Shown: positions 1-11,642, counted from the first letter of the stretch. The stretch is DNA of 64,000 bases from Octopus vulgaris (GCA_951406725.2 OX597831.1:41106001-41170000); one strand, 5' to 3'. The notes: generated from the sequence alone by a model not told the origin. Numbers and translations: made by a program.

Positions 1-157
1 CAAATCTTCACTGTGCCACTAATAGATTGATTTGGAGAACAAATCAGTAGTTTTTTTGCTCTTTTTCCGTGAACCTGAGTATTCCTAATATTTTGTGTGT
101 GTATGTATGTATGTATGTATGTATGTATGTATGTATGTATGTGTGTATGTCATTATT

Positions 158-470
158 CGGTTGTATTGCAAGATTTCTTGCCAATAGCGAAAGAGCCGGT
201 TTCTAACCTAGGTCCAAGGGTCCACTGGAATTTCCACATCAACAACAGGACACTTTTGCATGTATGTTTTGTTTTTATGTATGTCTTCTCATGCATACAC
301 TTGCATATCTGGACCTGCTCATATATACTTAAATGGTAAACTTCTGGAAAGTTTTACAGATTTTTACAGTTCCAGTGATGGCTTGGATCTGTAGTCTTCG
401 AATCAGCTTTCTCCTTCCCGGTTTTGAGAAGCCTTATTTCTCAAGATTGGCATGTAGACAGTGAGTTACA
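158..470. repeat. Unclassified interspersed repeat, possibly a LINE 3' end
   Basis: Shares GAAAGAGCCGGTTTC(T/C)AACC...GAATTTC(C/A)ACATC with 63105-63185; family not identified. Confidence 0.4.
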
Positions 471-472
471 TC

Positions 473-539
<67 letters not shown>

Positions 540-1134
540 GTCTATGTCTGTGTCTGTGTCTGTGTCTGTGTGTGTATCACTTTATGGTTAACCATGAAAA
601 GTCATTTCCTTTGCTGACATGGTATCTCGTAGAATTATTAGTTTATCATGAAGTTCAAAATCTTCAAAAAAGCCATTCACAACAGTCGTGAGCAACCCAG
701 CATAGGGCGAAACTTAGAGTAGACAGTCTACCATTTGATTTAATTAAAAATACCCATCCGCTTTGCTTAATGTACTGAATTCCCTATCACACAATGTTTA
801 TACTTTGTAAAGTATATTTAAATATACTTTACAACTATTACATTGATATACATACATACATATGTATGTATACATATACATATACCTATATACAAACATA
901 CACACCGTCCCACATATTTGAAAAGGGGTTTTAAAAAAAAGATAGAAATATATAACCTGTGTTCGTCCAGGATCTGACCTAAATATTAAAAAAAAAAAAA
1001 AGCAGTTTTCAGTCATGTGAATGACACAGTTGCAAAGAAAATATTTATTCTGCACAACAGGAATGCTAAAACTATTCACTAAATTTTGAGAATTTTTGTT
1101 CCTCTTGGTGTATGCTTACGTGCGATTGTTTCTA

Positions 1135-1220
<86 letters not shown>

Positions 1221-1236
1221 TGCGTTTGCATGTGTT

Positions 1237-1287
<51 letters not shown>

Positions 1288-1554
1288 TTATATATGTCTA
1301 TGTATGTATGTAAGTGTGGTAAGAAGCTTGCTTCCCAACCACATGGTTCTGGCTTCTGACAAAAGAGCTTAGACAAAGGATACTGAAATAATATTAGTAA
1401 TAATGATAATAGATCTGAAGTGAAGACCAAAGTATACAGTGCGTGTGTTTTATTGGCAAAAATATGACCATCCCCAAATATAACACATCTGTTTCAACAA
1501 ACAGTCCCACACGATTTCACATCAGGAATCTTGCAAATATATATATATGTAGGC

Positions 1555-1716
1555 ACAGGTGTGATTTGTGTGGAAAGAAGCTTGCCTCCCAACCGCATGG
1601 TTCTGGGTTCAGCCCCACTGCTTTGCACCTTCGGCAAGTGTCTTCTACTAAAGAATCGGAGCGACCAAGTTGACCTTCTGAGCGGATTTGGTAGACGGAA
1701 ACTGAAACAAGTACGT

Positions 1717-1718
<2 letters not shown>
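1555..1718 (+). mobile_element. SINE family A (tRNA head + CORE-like), 5' half
   Basis: TGTGTGGAAAGAAGCTTGC...GGGTTCAGCCCCACTG...GGCAAGTGTCTTCTACTA...GGTAGACGGAAACTGAAA, similar to full copies at 6028 and 30860. Confidence 0.8.
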
Positions 1719-1756
<38 letters not shown>

Positions 1757-1761
<5 letters not shown>

Positions 1762-1870
1762 GGTGTCCTGTACACACGTATACATATTTATATATGCAAG
1801 TATATATACATGTAGATGTAGGTACGTACATATATGTTTGTATGTATGCATATATTTTATTTATTACACT
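1757..1870 (+). repeat. Repeat family Y fragment (opposite orientation to copies at 13893, 27255, 32378)
   Basis: GGTGTCCTGTAC...CATGTAGATGTAGGTACGTACATATATG is the reverse complement of the start of the other copies. Confidence 0.7.
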
Positions 1871-1960
1871 ATTGTTTGACTGAGCACCCTCGCATCGATT
1901 CGATTCGTTTCGTTTCGTTTCGTTTCTTCTTCTTCTCTAAGCTGGTTTATATATATATAC

Positions 1961-2024
<64 letters not shown>

Positions 2025-2030
<6 letters not shown>

Positions 2031-2103
2031 CTATTTGAGGGAATAAAATCCAAACTTACAAGGAAAAAATTCAATTTAGAAATACTAAATCAAATTTCAT
2101 ACA

Positions 2104-2148
<45 letters not shown>

Positions 2149-2177
2149 AAATTAGAAAAAAACCACCTTTTATCAAT

Positions 2178-2182
<5 letters not shown>
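2025..2182 (+). repeat. AT-rich repeat family X
   Basis: GGGAATAAAATCCAAACTTACAAGGAAAAA...CAAATTTCA; related copies at about 5100-5265(-), 8060-8190(-), 14218-14323(+), 14700-14760(-), 27940-28040(-). Confidence 0.7.
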
Positions 2183-2214
<32 letters not shown>

Positions 2215-2384
2215 CAAAGGCGCTTTGAAGCACCAACTTTGCTAAAAATAGGAATCAAAAATTCTCCGAAGCCACAAAAATTGATTCTAGATTTTGACAG
2301 GCATGATTGGAAAAAAGACTAGATGGAATACATTCCTTATTGCAATTTTGCCAATGCAGTCTTTAACTTGCGGCCACTAACATT

Positions 2385-2540
2385 TTTATCTCTCAAAGTT
2401 TGTTTTTTTCTCTGTTTATTTCGTCGCGTGCCTTTCTGTTAAAGAGCGTAGGCTCGAAACGTAAAAGACTTTCTCACCTTTCCGAGCATCAAACTAAGAC
2501 ACCTGTCTTCATCTTTTGTTTTTCAGTAAATTTCAACTAT
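2385..2540 (+). mobile_element. Short repeat family W with minimal hammerhead-like motif (2431-2468)
   Basis: CTTT-CTGTTAA-A-GAGC-GTAG-GCTC-GAAAC-GTA-AAAG; related copies at 7655-7870(-), 29770-29960(-), 46000-46182(+). Confidence 0.6.
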
Positions 2541-2584
2541 ATGTGTGTGCGCGCGCGCGTCCGTGCGTGTCCGCGTCACTGCTT

Positions 2585-2740
2585 CATTCAGCTTCCGTCT
2601 ACTAAATCCACTAACACGGCTTCGGTCGGCCCGTGGCTATAGCGGAAGACACTTGCCCAAGGTTCCACGCAATGGGACTGAACCCGCCCCCTGAAACCAT
2701 GTACTTAGGAGGCAAGCTTCTTACCACACATCCACGCCTA
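2585..2740 (-). mobile_element. SINE family A, 5' half
   Basis: Reverse complement of the family A head and core (GAAGACACTTGCCCAAGG, GGGACTGAACCC on + strand). Confidence 0.8.
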
Positions 2741-2744
2741 TATG

Positions 2745-2801
<57 letters not shown>

Positions 2802-2814
2802 TGCATACGTACAT

Positions 2815-2905
<91 letters not shown>

Positions 2906-3029
2906 TAATAACTTTGAATTTAGTTCACGGATCCCCAGTACTACCTTTGCGGACCCCAGGTTGGGAACCACTGTTCTACAGTATTCATTTTTCTCATGCG
3001 CCATTGAAATCCTTTAAATTTATGCCTCG

Positions 3030-3490
3030 TGAGTGGATTTCGTAAGTGGAAGCCAGTCGTATGTGTGTGTTTTTGTGCCTGTGTTTGTTCCCCCACCACT
3101 GCTTGACAACTGGTTTAGTTGTGTTTGCGTCATCGTAACTTAGCGATTCGTCAAGAGAGACCGATGAAATAAGAGCAAGGCTTTATAATAATATAAGCAG
3201 TGGGGTCCATTCGTTCGACTAAAATTTTTCAAGGTGGTGTCCCAGCATGGCCGCAGTCTAATAACCGGAAGAAGTAAAAGGTAAAAACTATATATATTTA
3301 TATTCTTTTACTTGTTTTGGTGAGTAGACTGCGGTCATGCTAGGGCACCACCTTGAAAAATTTTAGTTGAATGAATCTACCCCTGTACATCTTTTTAAAG
3401 CCTGGTACTTTGCCGAAACGCTAATTTACAGGGACGTAAACACACCAACACCGGTTGTCAAGCGGTGGTGAGGGACAAACATACACACAC
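3030..3490. mobile_element. Two SINE family A 3' halves, tail to tail (about 3030-3285 +, 3305-3490 -)
   Basis: GCTTGACAAC...CGTAACTTAGCG...CCAGCATGGCCGCAGTC on + strand, then the same motifs reverse-complemented. Confidence 0.75.
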
Positions 3491-4653
3491 ATATATACAT
3501 ATATTATATATGGGTTAGTCGAGTTAGATGTTGGAATAACCGTCCAAGGGATAGAAATATCCGTTTTACTACCGGTATAATTACCTATGTTAACCCTGGG
3601 CATATATATGAAAGCATGTTGTGCTCATAGGTTACAGGCAATGACAAAGATGAACATGAGTTTATGAGGAATGAAATTTAAAGTAAACAGAAAATGGAGA
3701 AATATTGATCAACAACAATTGACTAACATCGATTATTACTTTTTGATACAACTGGACTTTATCCCATCTAACAGCTGTTTCTGCTTCCAATGCTCCACAG
3801 TATTGCCACTGAAAATTCTGAAAATTATATTCATCATATTTGGTAGCACATCCGATCTGAAACATTGAGCTTTATCAGAGTAAAGGAAAATACATAAAAC
3901 AAAAGAAGAGGGGCCTCGAGAAGAAATATATTAAGCTTTTCTTCAATAGGGCTGTTTTGGCCGAGTCACAGAGATATATGAAGGGAGTGGTATTTGAAAA
4001 AAGAGAATGTGGAGGGAAGAGAGTGGAGAAGCATATATATTTAAACATTTTGATAATTTTTAAAATATACTCACGAAAATTAGGTCAAGAGCGATAAGAA
4101 TTCTTTGAATCAGTTTAAGAATTCAGCTCGAGATTTAATCGCAGCACTACAAGTGCATATTGCAAGCACAGCTGTATTCAGTGTTATTAAGATATCATTT
4201 ATCAAAATACATAATGAATATACAGCTGACTTTACCACAATATTATGTAACTAACATTCATTTAGGCTGTTTCCCTTGTGTCGATTCCATGACTGCATTT
4301 TAAGCGATGTGACTATAAATGCCAAGTGTTTTTACGGCAGATTTTACCAAACAAATGTAAGTTGTATTCTTTGGCATTGCAGTATCTTTAACCTAATAAC
4401 ATACACGTTTCTTTTCGATTTTCATGCAAAATTTGTTTTTGTTATTTTCTTTATTTTGAATCTGTATATAAGGAAGAATAAGTGCACAAATTATTTTGGA
4501 TCAGTTATGATTTATTGTGAAGTTACTGATAGAAATAACACTTAATGTTGTCCTACCCAACCATCGTTTGACAACCGATGTTGGTGTGTTTACGTCCCCA
4601 TAACTTCATGTCTTCTTTTTTTACAACTGTACACCTACTTTTGCACCAGCCCG

Positions 4654-4686
<33 letters not shown>

Positions 4687-4696
4687 GTATATATAT

Positions 4697-4975
4697 GGGC
4701 AAGTGTCTTCTACTATAGCCTCAGGCCAACCAAAATTAGTGGATTTGGAAGACGGAAACTGAAAGAAGCCTGTCGTATGCGTTTGTCCCTCCACCATCGC
4801 TTGACAACCGATGTTGGTGTGCTTATGTCCCCGTAACTTAACACCTCGGCAAAAGAGACCGATAAGATAAGTAGGTACTAGGTTTACAAAGGATAAGTCC
4901 GGAGGTCGAGTTGTTCGATTGAAGGCAGTACTCCAGCATGGCCGCAGTCAGATGACTGAAACAAATAAAAGCAAA
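4697..4975 (+). mobile_element. SINE family A, 5'-truncated
   Basis: GGGCAAGTGTCTTCTACTATAGCC through CCAGCATGGCCGCAGTCAGATGACTGAAACAA. Confidence 0.85.
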
Positions 4976-5261
4976 CGTAAAGAATATATATATATATATA
5001 TATACACCAATTATTTACGTTTTTACTATTCTTTTTTGCAAATCATTGATATTTTATTGTTATTTTGATTTTTATATTTCTATTATATGTAATTTTCTAG
5101 ATGGTGTAATTTAATTGTTCATTTTGAATTGATAAAAGGTGTTTTTTTCTAATTTTATATATATATATATATATATTATTGTGTGAAATTTGATTTATTA
5201 TTTCTAAATTCAATTTTTTTCCCTGTAAGTTTGGATTTATATTCCTGCAAATAATAATAAT

Positions 5262-5323
<62 letters not shown>

Positions 5324-5324
<1 letters not shown>

Positions 5325-5465
5325 TAAGGGTATCTAAGAGATACCACCAAGCGTGAAATAGTTTTTAAAACCTGGCTCTAAAACCACATAAAGTATTAAA
5401 TGTGGTTTTAGAGTCAGGATTTGACTGCTATTTCAGGTATGACGGTATCTAAGAGATACCCTTAT
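5324..5465. repeat. Imperfect palindrome
   Basis: CCTGGCTCTAAAACCACAT / ATGTGGTTTTAGAGTCAGG inner arms; ATAAGGGTATCT / AGATACCCTTAT outer arms. Confidence 0.75.
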
Positions 5466-5609
5466 TTATAACTTTAATAGCTATAAGGTATTTTCTTCCT
5501 ATGCTGCCTCTTGATTTGATCGCTATTTAAAATAACAATCTTATCCTTATTTATATACATACATACATACATACATACATACATACATACATACATACAT
5601 GCTGACTCA

Positions 5610-5728
5610 GTTCTATATTTAAGGGATGCGGAATTATGTACATTATTTACATTATTTACATTCGACGGATAACTACAAATACGATGAGGTCAAATATCCG
5701 TCGAATGTAGATAATGTAAAAAATGTAA
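5610..5728. mobile_element. Collapsed inverted copy of the tRNA-head/hammerhead element (tails only), with TSD
   Basis: ACATTATTTACATTCGACGGATA ... TATCCGTCGAATGTAGATAATGT match the termini of 59480-60061; flanked by ATGCTGACTCA at 5599-5609 and 5729-5739. Confidence 0.75.
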
Positions 5729-5739
5729 ATGCTGACTCA

Positions 5740-5895
5740 CCTGGCAAAAATGAGTTGTACCTGTTGGTCTTGTCACATTGTGTCACACTGAATTTCCCTG
5801 AGAACTACGTTGAAAGTACGCGTCGTGTGGGGAGTGTTCAGCCACTTTCATGTTAATTTTACCAGCAGGCTTTTCGGTAACCGACAGAGTGCCAA
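5740..5895 (+). mobile_element. SINE family C 3' part (tail type of 10538)
   Basis: CTGAATTTCCCTGAGAACTACGTTGAAAGTACGCG...GTTAATTTTACCAGCAGGC similar to 10780-10860. Confidence 0.6.
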
Positions 5896-6027
5896 TTGTG
5901 TATGTATGTATGTATGTATGTATGTATGTATGTATGTATGTATGTGCATATGTATGGGTGTGTGGGGGTAGTTTTGTTTTTCTTATTTTAGATCACAGCA
6001 TACTACTAACTGCCTGTTGTGCTTCGT

Positions 6028-6420
6028 AGGAGTGGCTTTGTGGTAATTAGCTTGCTTACGAACCACATGGTTGCGGGTTCAGTCCCACTGCGTGGCACCT
6101 TGGGCAAGTGTCTTCTACTATAGCCTCGGGCCGACCAAAGCCTTGTGAGTGAGTGGATTTGGTAGACGGAAACTGAAAGAAGCCCATCGTATATATGTAT
6201 ACATGTGTGTGTGTGTGTGTGTGTGTTTGTGTGTCTATGTTTGTCCTCCAAACATCGCTTGACAACCGATGCTGGTGTGTTTACGTTCCCGTAACTTAGC
6301 GGTTCGGCAAAATAGACCGATAGGCTTACAAAGAATAAGTCCTGGGGTCGATTTACTCGACTAAAGGCGGTGCTCCAGCATGGCCACAGTCAAATGACTG
6401 AAACAAGTAAAAGTAAAAGA
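6028..6420 (+). mobile_element. SINE family A, full length
   Basis: A-box-like GGAGTGGCTTTGTGGTAA, B-box-like GGGTTCAGTCCC, CORE-like CACCTTGGGCAAGTG, internal (TA)/(TG) tract, tail GACTGAAACAAGTAAAAG. Confidence 0.9.
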
Positions 6421-6636
6421 GCAAATTCGAAATTGTTTGTTGTAAAATGATTACTGTACTTGATATGACTAAACGCTTTTCACTCATTTTAGCGGTCAAC
6501 GTGACTTAATGTAGACCTATTTTAGTGTCAGTCACACTATCATCATGCAACTGCAAACACAATTGTAGGAACGGCTACGTGTTAATACAATAAAGGATTG
6601 TTCAGTGTACAAATTAAAATTATATATATATATATT

Positions 6637-6718
6637 TGGGCAAGTGTCCTCTACTATAGACACGAGCCGACCAAAGCCTTGTGAGTGGATTTGATAGACT
6701 GAAAGTGAATGAAGCCCG

Positions 6719-6797
<79 letters not shown>

Positions 6798-7004
6798 GAA
6801 TGTATGTATATATTGGTGTGTCTGTGTTTGTATCCCCCAACATCGCTTGACAACCGATTGCTGGTGTGTTTAGGTCCCCGTAACTTAGCGGTCGGGAAAA
6901 GGGTCCGATAGAATAAGTACTAGGCTATTACTTCCTGGAGTCGATTTGCCCAACTAAAGGCGGTGCTCCAGCATTGCCGCAGTCAAATGATTGAAACAAA
7001 TAAA

Positions 7005-7008
<4 letters not shown>
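6637..7008 (+). mobile_element. SINE family A, 5'-truncated, with expanded internal microsatellite
   Basis: TTGGGCAAGTGTCCTCTACTATAG through GATTGAAACAAATAAAG. Confidence 0.85.
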
Positions 7009-7045
<37 letters not shown>

Positions 7046-7190
7046 GGCAGCGAGCTGCCATAATCGACCCCACGACATCTTTTCCTTTCGTGGTCGATAA
7101 AGTAAGTACCAGTTGAACACTGGGGTTGATATAATCGACTTATCTCTTCTCCCTAAATTGCTGGCCTTGAGTCAAATTTTGAAGCGTATA

Positions 7191-7235
<45 letters not shown>

Positions 7236-7240
<5 letters not shown>

Positions 7241-7615
7241 CCAATCATTTGACTCTGGCCATGCCGGAGCTCTGCCTTTTAGTCGATTAAATCGACCACT
7301 GGACTTATTCTTTGTAAGCCTTGTGTTTATTCTATCGGTTCTTACTGAACCGCTAAGTTACGGAGACGTAAACACACCAACATCGGTGGTCAAGCGATGG
7401 TAGGAGTATAAACACACACAAATACATAGAAACATATACATATATTTATATATATATACAACGGGCATCTTTTAGTTTCCGTCGTAAAAATCCACTCACA
7501 AAGCTTTGGTCGGCCCGAGACTATAGTAGAATACTTGCACAAGGTGCCACGCAGTGGGAGTGAATCCTGATCCATGTGGTTGCGAAGCAAGCTTCTTACC
7601 ACACAGCCTCTCCTA
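7236..7615 (-). mobile_element. SINE family A, full length
   Basis: Reverse complement matches 6028-6420 along its length. Confidence 0.85.
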
Positions 7616-7654
7616 CACACACATACACACACATACATACACACACATATATAT

Positions 7655-7870
7655 AGTTGAAATTTACAGAAAACCAGAAGATGAAGATAGGTGTATGAAC
7701 AGAAGATGAAGATATGAACAACAAGCAGGTGTATTAGTTTAACGCTGGGAAAGGTGAGAAAGTCTTTTACGTTTCGAGCCTACGCTCTTTAACAGAAAGG
7801 AATAAGAGAAAATAAACAGAGAGAATGAAAGAAACTTTTGAGCTTAGCGGTCAATTATTGTGGCTGGATA
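7655..7870 (-). mobile_element. Repeat family W with hammerhead-like motif (7763-7800)
   Basis: Reverse complement CCTTTCTGTTAAAGAGCGTAGGCTCGAAACGTAAAAGA identical to 2431-2468. Confidence 0.6.
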
Positions 7871-7906
7871 TATATACATATTAATAATTATATATATATA
7901 TATAAG

Positions 7907-7940
<34 letters not shown>

Positions 7941-8198
7941 TATATTATTATATATTATATATTGATTATTCGTTTTTATACTTTTGTGATCTAGTTATAT
8001 GTTTTATAAAAATATTATTTATTTGTTATTTATGATTTGATTTATGTCTATCATTGTTTGAATTGCATAATAGTGGTTTTTTCTCTAGTTTATATTTTAA
8101 ATACTTATATTGTGAAATTTGATTTAATACTAAATTAAATTTTTCCCAGTAAGTTTGGAGTTATACTCCCTAATATTAATATTATTATTATTTTTATA

Positions 8199-8232
<34 letters not shown>

Positions 8233-8234
<2 letters not shown>

Positions 8235-8680
8235 GGCAGTGAGCTGGCAGAATTGGTAGCACACCGGGCAAAATGCTTAGCAGCATTTCGTCCATCTTTA
8301 TGTTCTGAGTTCAAATTTCGCTGAGGTCGTCTTTTCCTTTCGGAGTCTCTTTGTTTACTACCCACAAGGAGCTAAACATGGAGGGGACAAACAAGGACAG
8401 ACAAACGGATTAAGTCGGTTACATCGACCCCAGTGCGTAACTGGTACTTAATTTATCGACCCCGAAAGGATAAAAGGTAAAGTCGACCTCGGCGGAATTT
8501 GAACTCAGAACGTAATTTCAGACGAAATACGGCTACGCATTTCGCCCGGCGTGCTAACGTTTCTGCCAGCTCGCCGCCTTTTTTCCTTTCGGAGTCGTTC
8601 AAATTTGTACCAGTTGAACACTGGGGTTGATATAATCGACTTACCTCTCCTCCCTAATGGGCCAAATATTGAAACCGATA
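8233..8680. mobile_element. SINE family B (+) interrupted by an antisense family B copy (8348-8580)
   Basis: Head GAGCTGGCAGAA...GAGTTCAAATT; 16-bp duplication TTTTCCTTTCGGAGTC at 8332-8347 and 8581-8596. Confidence 0.85.
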
Positions 8681-8691
8681 TATATATATAT

Positions 8692-9088
8692 TCTTTTACT
8701 TATTTCAATCATTTTTACTGTGGCCATGCTGGAGTACCGCCTTTTAGCCGACGAAATCGTCCACTGGACTTATTCTTTGTAAGCCTGGTGTTTATTTCAT
8801 CGGTCTCTTTGACGAACCGATAAGTTACGGGGACGTAAACACACCAACATCGGTTGTCAAGCGATGGTGGGGAGGGCAATCAAAGAAATAAGCACACACG
8901 CAAATATATACATATATATATATATATTTATACGACGGGCTTCTTTCAGTTTCCAGCTACCAGATCCACTCACAAGACTTTGGTCGGCCCGAGGCTATAG
9001 TCGAAAACACTTGGCCAAGGTGCTACGCAGCGGGTCTGAACCCGGAACCATGTGGTTGGTAAGCGAGTTCCTTATCACACAGCCACGC
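8692..9088 (-). mobile_element. SINE family A, full length
   Basis: Reverse complement of the family A head, core and tail. Confidence 0.88.
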
Positions 9089-9121
9089 TTGGGTGTGGGT
9101 ATGTGTGTGTGTGTGTATATG

Positions 9122-9167
<46 letters not shown>

Positions 9168-9181
9168 TGTGTGTTTTGGTT

Positions 9182-9670
9182 AGCTCAAAATTTGAAGGGA
9201 TTATAAGTGAGACTGCTATAATTGTTAGTAGAATTGCAGATCTTGACTTCACATCAGTAGATAATGTTCTTTTAAAGGTACTTCAACTCAAATGGGCAAT
9301 TGTTGGTCATATTATAGTTGTAGTTCTGAATATTCAAACTTACTGAGGGTTTGGTGAGTTTGCATGCGTTAAAAGAGGAAAGTATGTCTTGGGTGGTAGA
9401 GTATATGAGGATGATTTACTATTGTTTTTATTAAATATTCTTTCATATATATAGTGCGTTAGTCAACGCTTGGCTGTTTGTTTTGAAACCGTCGCATTAA
9501 ATGAAAAATGATAACCGGTCATGCCAGGGTCTATATTTTTGTCAAATATATGAGAAGGAATTCACTGCCCTGTTTTCTATAGCAATATTTCTTAATGTGA
9601 GTTCCATAAAAAAAATTCTAGGATTCTGTGACTTAAAGTATCTTTTAATGAAATTCAGTGAAAATATATT
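9182..9670 (-). pseudogene. Degenerate Penelope-like (Naiad-type) GIY-YIG endonuclease fragment
   Basis: Minus-strand translation NNCPFELKYL*KNIIY*CEVKICNSTNNYSSLTYNPFKF parallels the CPL.G.CL..NIIY.C.V...Y.GLT.N.FK pattern; several stops. Confidence 0.5.
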
Positions 9671-9756
9671 CTCTAGATATTAAAGTGGATACTCACCATT
9701 TTCAAAATAAGAGGTTGTGTGTAATGTGCGTGTGTGTGCGCGTGCATGTGCGTGTA

Positions 9757-9829
<73 letters not shown>

Positions 9830-10214
9830 ATATGTATGTATGCATGTATGTATGTATATATTATGTATGTATGTATGTAAGTACGTATGTATGTATGTAT
9901 TATGTATGTATGTATGTATGTATGTATGTATGTATGTATGTATGTATGTATTATATATGTATGTATGTATGTATGTATACATATATGTATTTATTTCATT
10001 TAGTGTCTTGCTAAATTTAGGATGGCGGAAGTTATCTGTAAAATATACGTATTGCATATGTAATTTCTGAAAACTCATGTAAGGTTTCCGCAACAAGTTT
10101 GCAACTATTGCACTACTGGAATTAATACATCAGCAAAGTTTAAAAGTAGCATCTGAGGAAACTTGTAATTGACTGTGCCTATAAATAGTTGAAAATGTCT
10201 TGAATGTAGATTTA

Positions 10215-10505
10215 TGCCTCAGCGGAATTTGAACTCTGAACGTAAAGGTGAACGACATGTCGTTAAGAATTTTATTCAGCGTGTTAACTATTCTGCCAGC
10301 TCGCCGCTTTATTCTATGTTGTAATAATGATTTCGAATTTTGGCACGAGGCGAGTAATTCCCGGGAGGGAGTTAGTCGATTACATCGACCCCAGTGTTCA
10401 ACAAAGGTAAAGTTGACCTCGGCAGAATTTGAACTCTGAACGTAAGTCGGACGAAATGGCACTAAACATTTTGCCCGGCGTACTAACAGTTCTATGGGCT
10501 CGCCA
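10215..10505 (-). mobile_element. Two partial SINE family B copies
   Basis: GCGGAATTTGAACTCTGAACGTA and CTGCCAGCTCGCC on + strand. Confidence 0.75.
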
Positions 10506-10537
10506 TCGTATTCCGTGCCGTAACACTCCTTTTTAGT

Positions 10538-10919
10538 GGAGGCGCAATGGCCCAGTGGTTAGGGCAGCGGACTCGCGGTCGTAGGATCGCGGTTTCGATT
10601 CCCAGACCGGGCGTTGTGAGTGTTTATTGAGCGAAAACACCTAAAGCTCCACGAGGCTCTGGCAGGGGATGGTGGTGATCCCTGCTGTACTCTTTCACCA
10701 CAACTTTCTCTCACTCTTACTTCCTGTTTCTGTTGTACTTGTATTTCAAAGGGCCAGCCTTGTCACTCTCTGTATCACGCTGAATATCCCCGAGAACTAC
10801 GTTAAGGGTACACGTGTTTGTGGAGTGCTCAGCCACTTACACGTTAATTTCACGAGCAGGCTGTTCCGTTGATTCGGATCAACCGGAACCCTCATCGTCG
10901 TAATCGACGGAGTGCTTCC
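10538..10919 (+). mobile_element. SINE family C (tRNA-like head), full length, with TSD
   Basis: A box TGGCCCAGTGG, B-box-like GGTTTCGATTCC; 11-bp TSD AACACTCCTTT at 10522-10532 and 10920-10930. Confidence 0.9.
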
Positions 10920-10924
10920 AACAC

Positions 10925-11095
10925 TCCTTTCTACTATAGGCACAAGGCTTGAAATTTTGGGGGCGGGGATGAGTCGACTAACATCGATCCCAGTGTTTCA
11001 CTGGTACTTAATTTATCTACCCGAAAGGATAAAAGGCAAAATTGACCATGGCGGAATTTGAACGTAACAATGGGAGAAAACCCGCTAAGCAAACT
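10925..11095 (-). mobile_element. SINE family B, tail type 2
   Basis: CCTTTCTACTATAGGCACAAGGC...CTGGTACTTAATTTATC...CCGAAAGGAT...GCGGAATTTGAAC on + strand. Confidence 0.75.
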
Positions 11096-11642
11096 TCCTG
11101 TAATTATTAAAAACTAATTCAATGCGTGAAGAACGGAGAAGCAGAGAAGCCTTCTACAATGATTCCTACGGAGACTTTCCTGGCTCCACGATCTCCACTG
11201 GTCCTGAGTGCATCATAGTTCCATGCCAGTGGAACCAGACTAGCAGTGAAACACTCGAGACAGTCTAATTAACGAGTGCATGTTCTACCTCTACACAAAA
11301 TAGGTTCCCCGGTGGCTTTGTTAGACAACGACACCGTTAAGAGTTTTTTCACGTATCTGCAAGATACATCATTCTCTTTCGTGGTTTATTTATTTCATTT
11401 TTCTTACCGACTTCTCTCGGTGCTCTGATATAAAGAGTAGGAAGAAATTTCACAGCAATTTTCTTGTAGATATTGGCGTCTATTTCACACTCTTTTGTGG
11501 AGATCGAACAGAGTTCTGCTGATAAGAATATTGACTTTGTATTCCGACCATTAACAGGTCGGAAATATGTTGCTGGTAATATTGGGAAGATAAAGAATGA
11601 TTGTGCTATATTTACGGTCTGAGTATATGTATATATTTCTGT

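Noticed and set aside
3662-3868. Possible exon in unique sequence
   Set aside because: Open frames on both strands with no recognisable motif and weak donor sites.
6006-6265. Recurrent peptides such as [12 protein letters not shown] and RHLPKV in many ORFs
   Set aside because: Antisense translations of SINE family A, not a protein family.
10538-10615. tRNA gene
   Set aside because: Continues into a SINE body flanked by a TSD.
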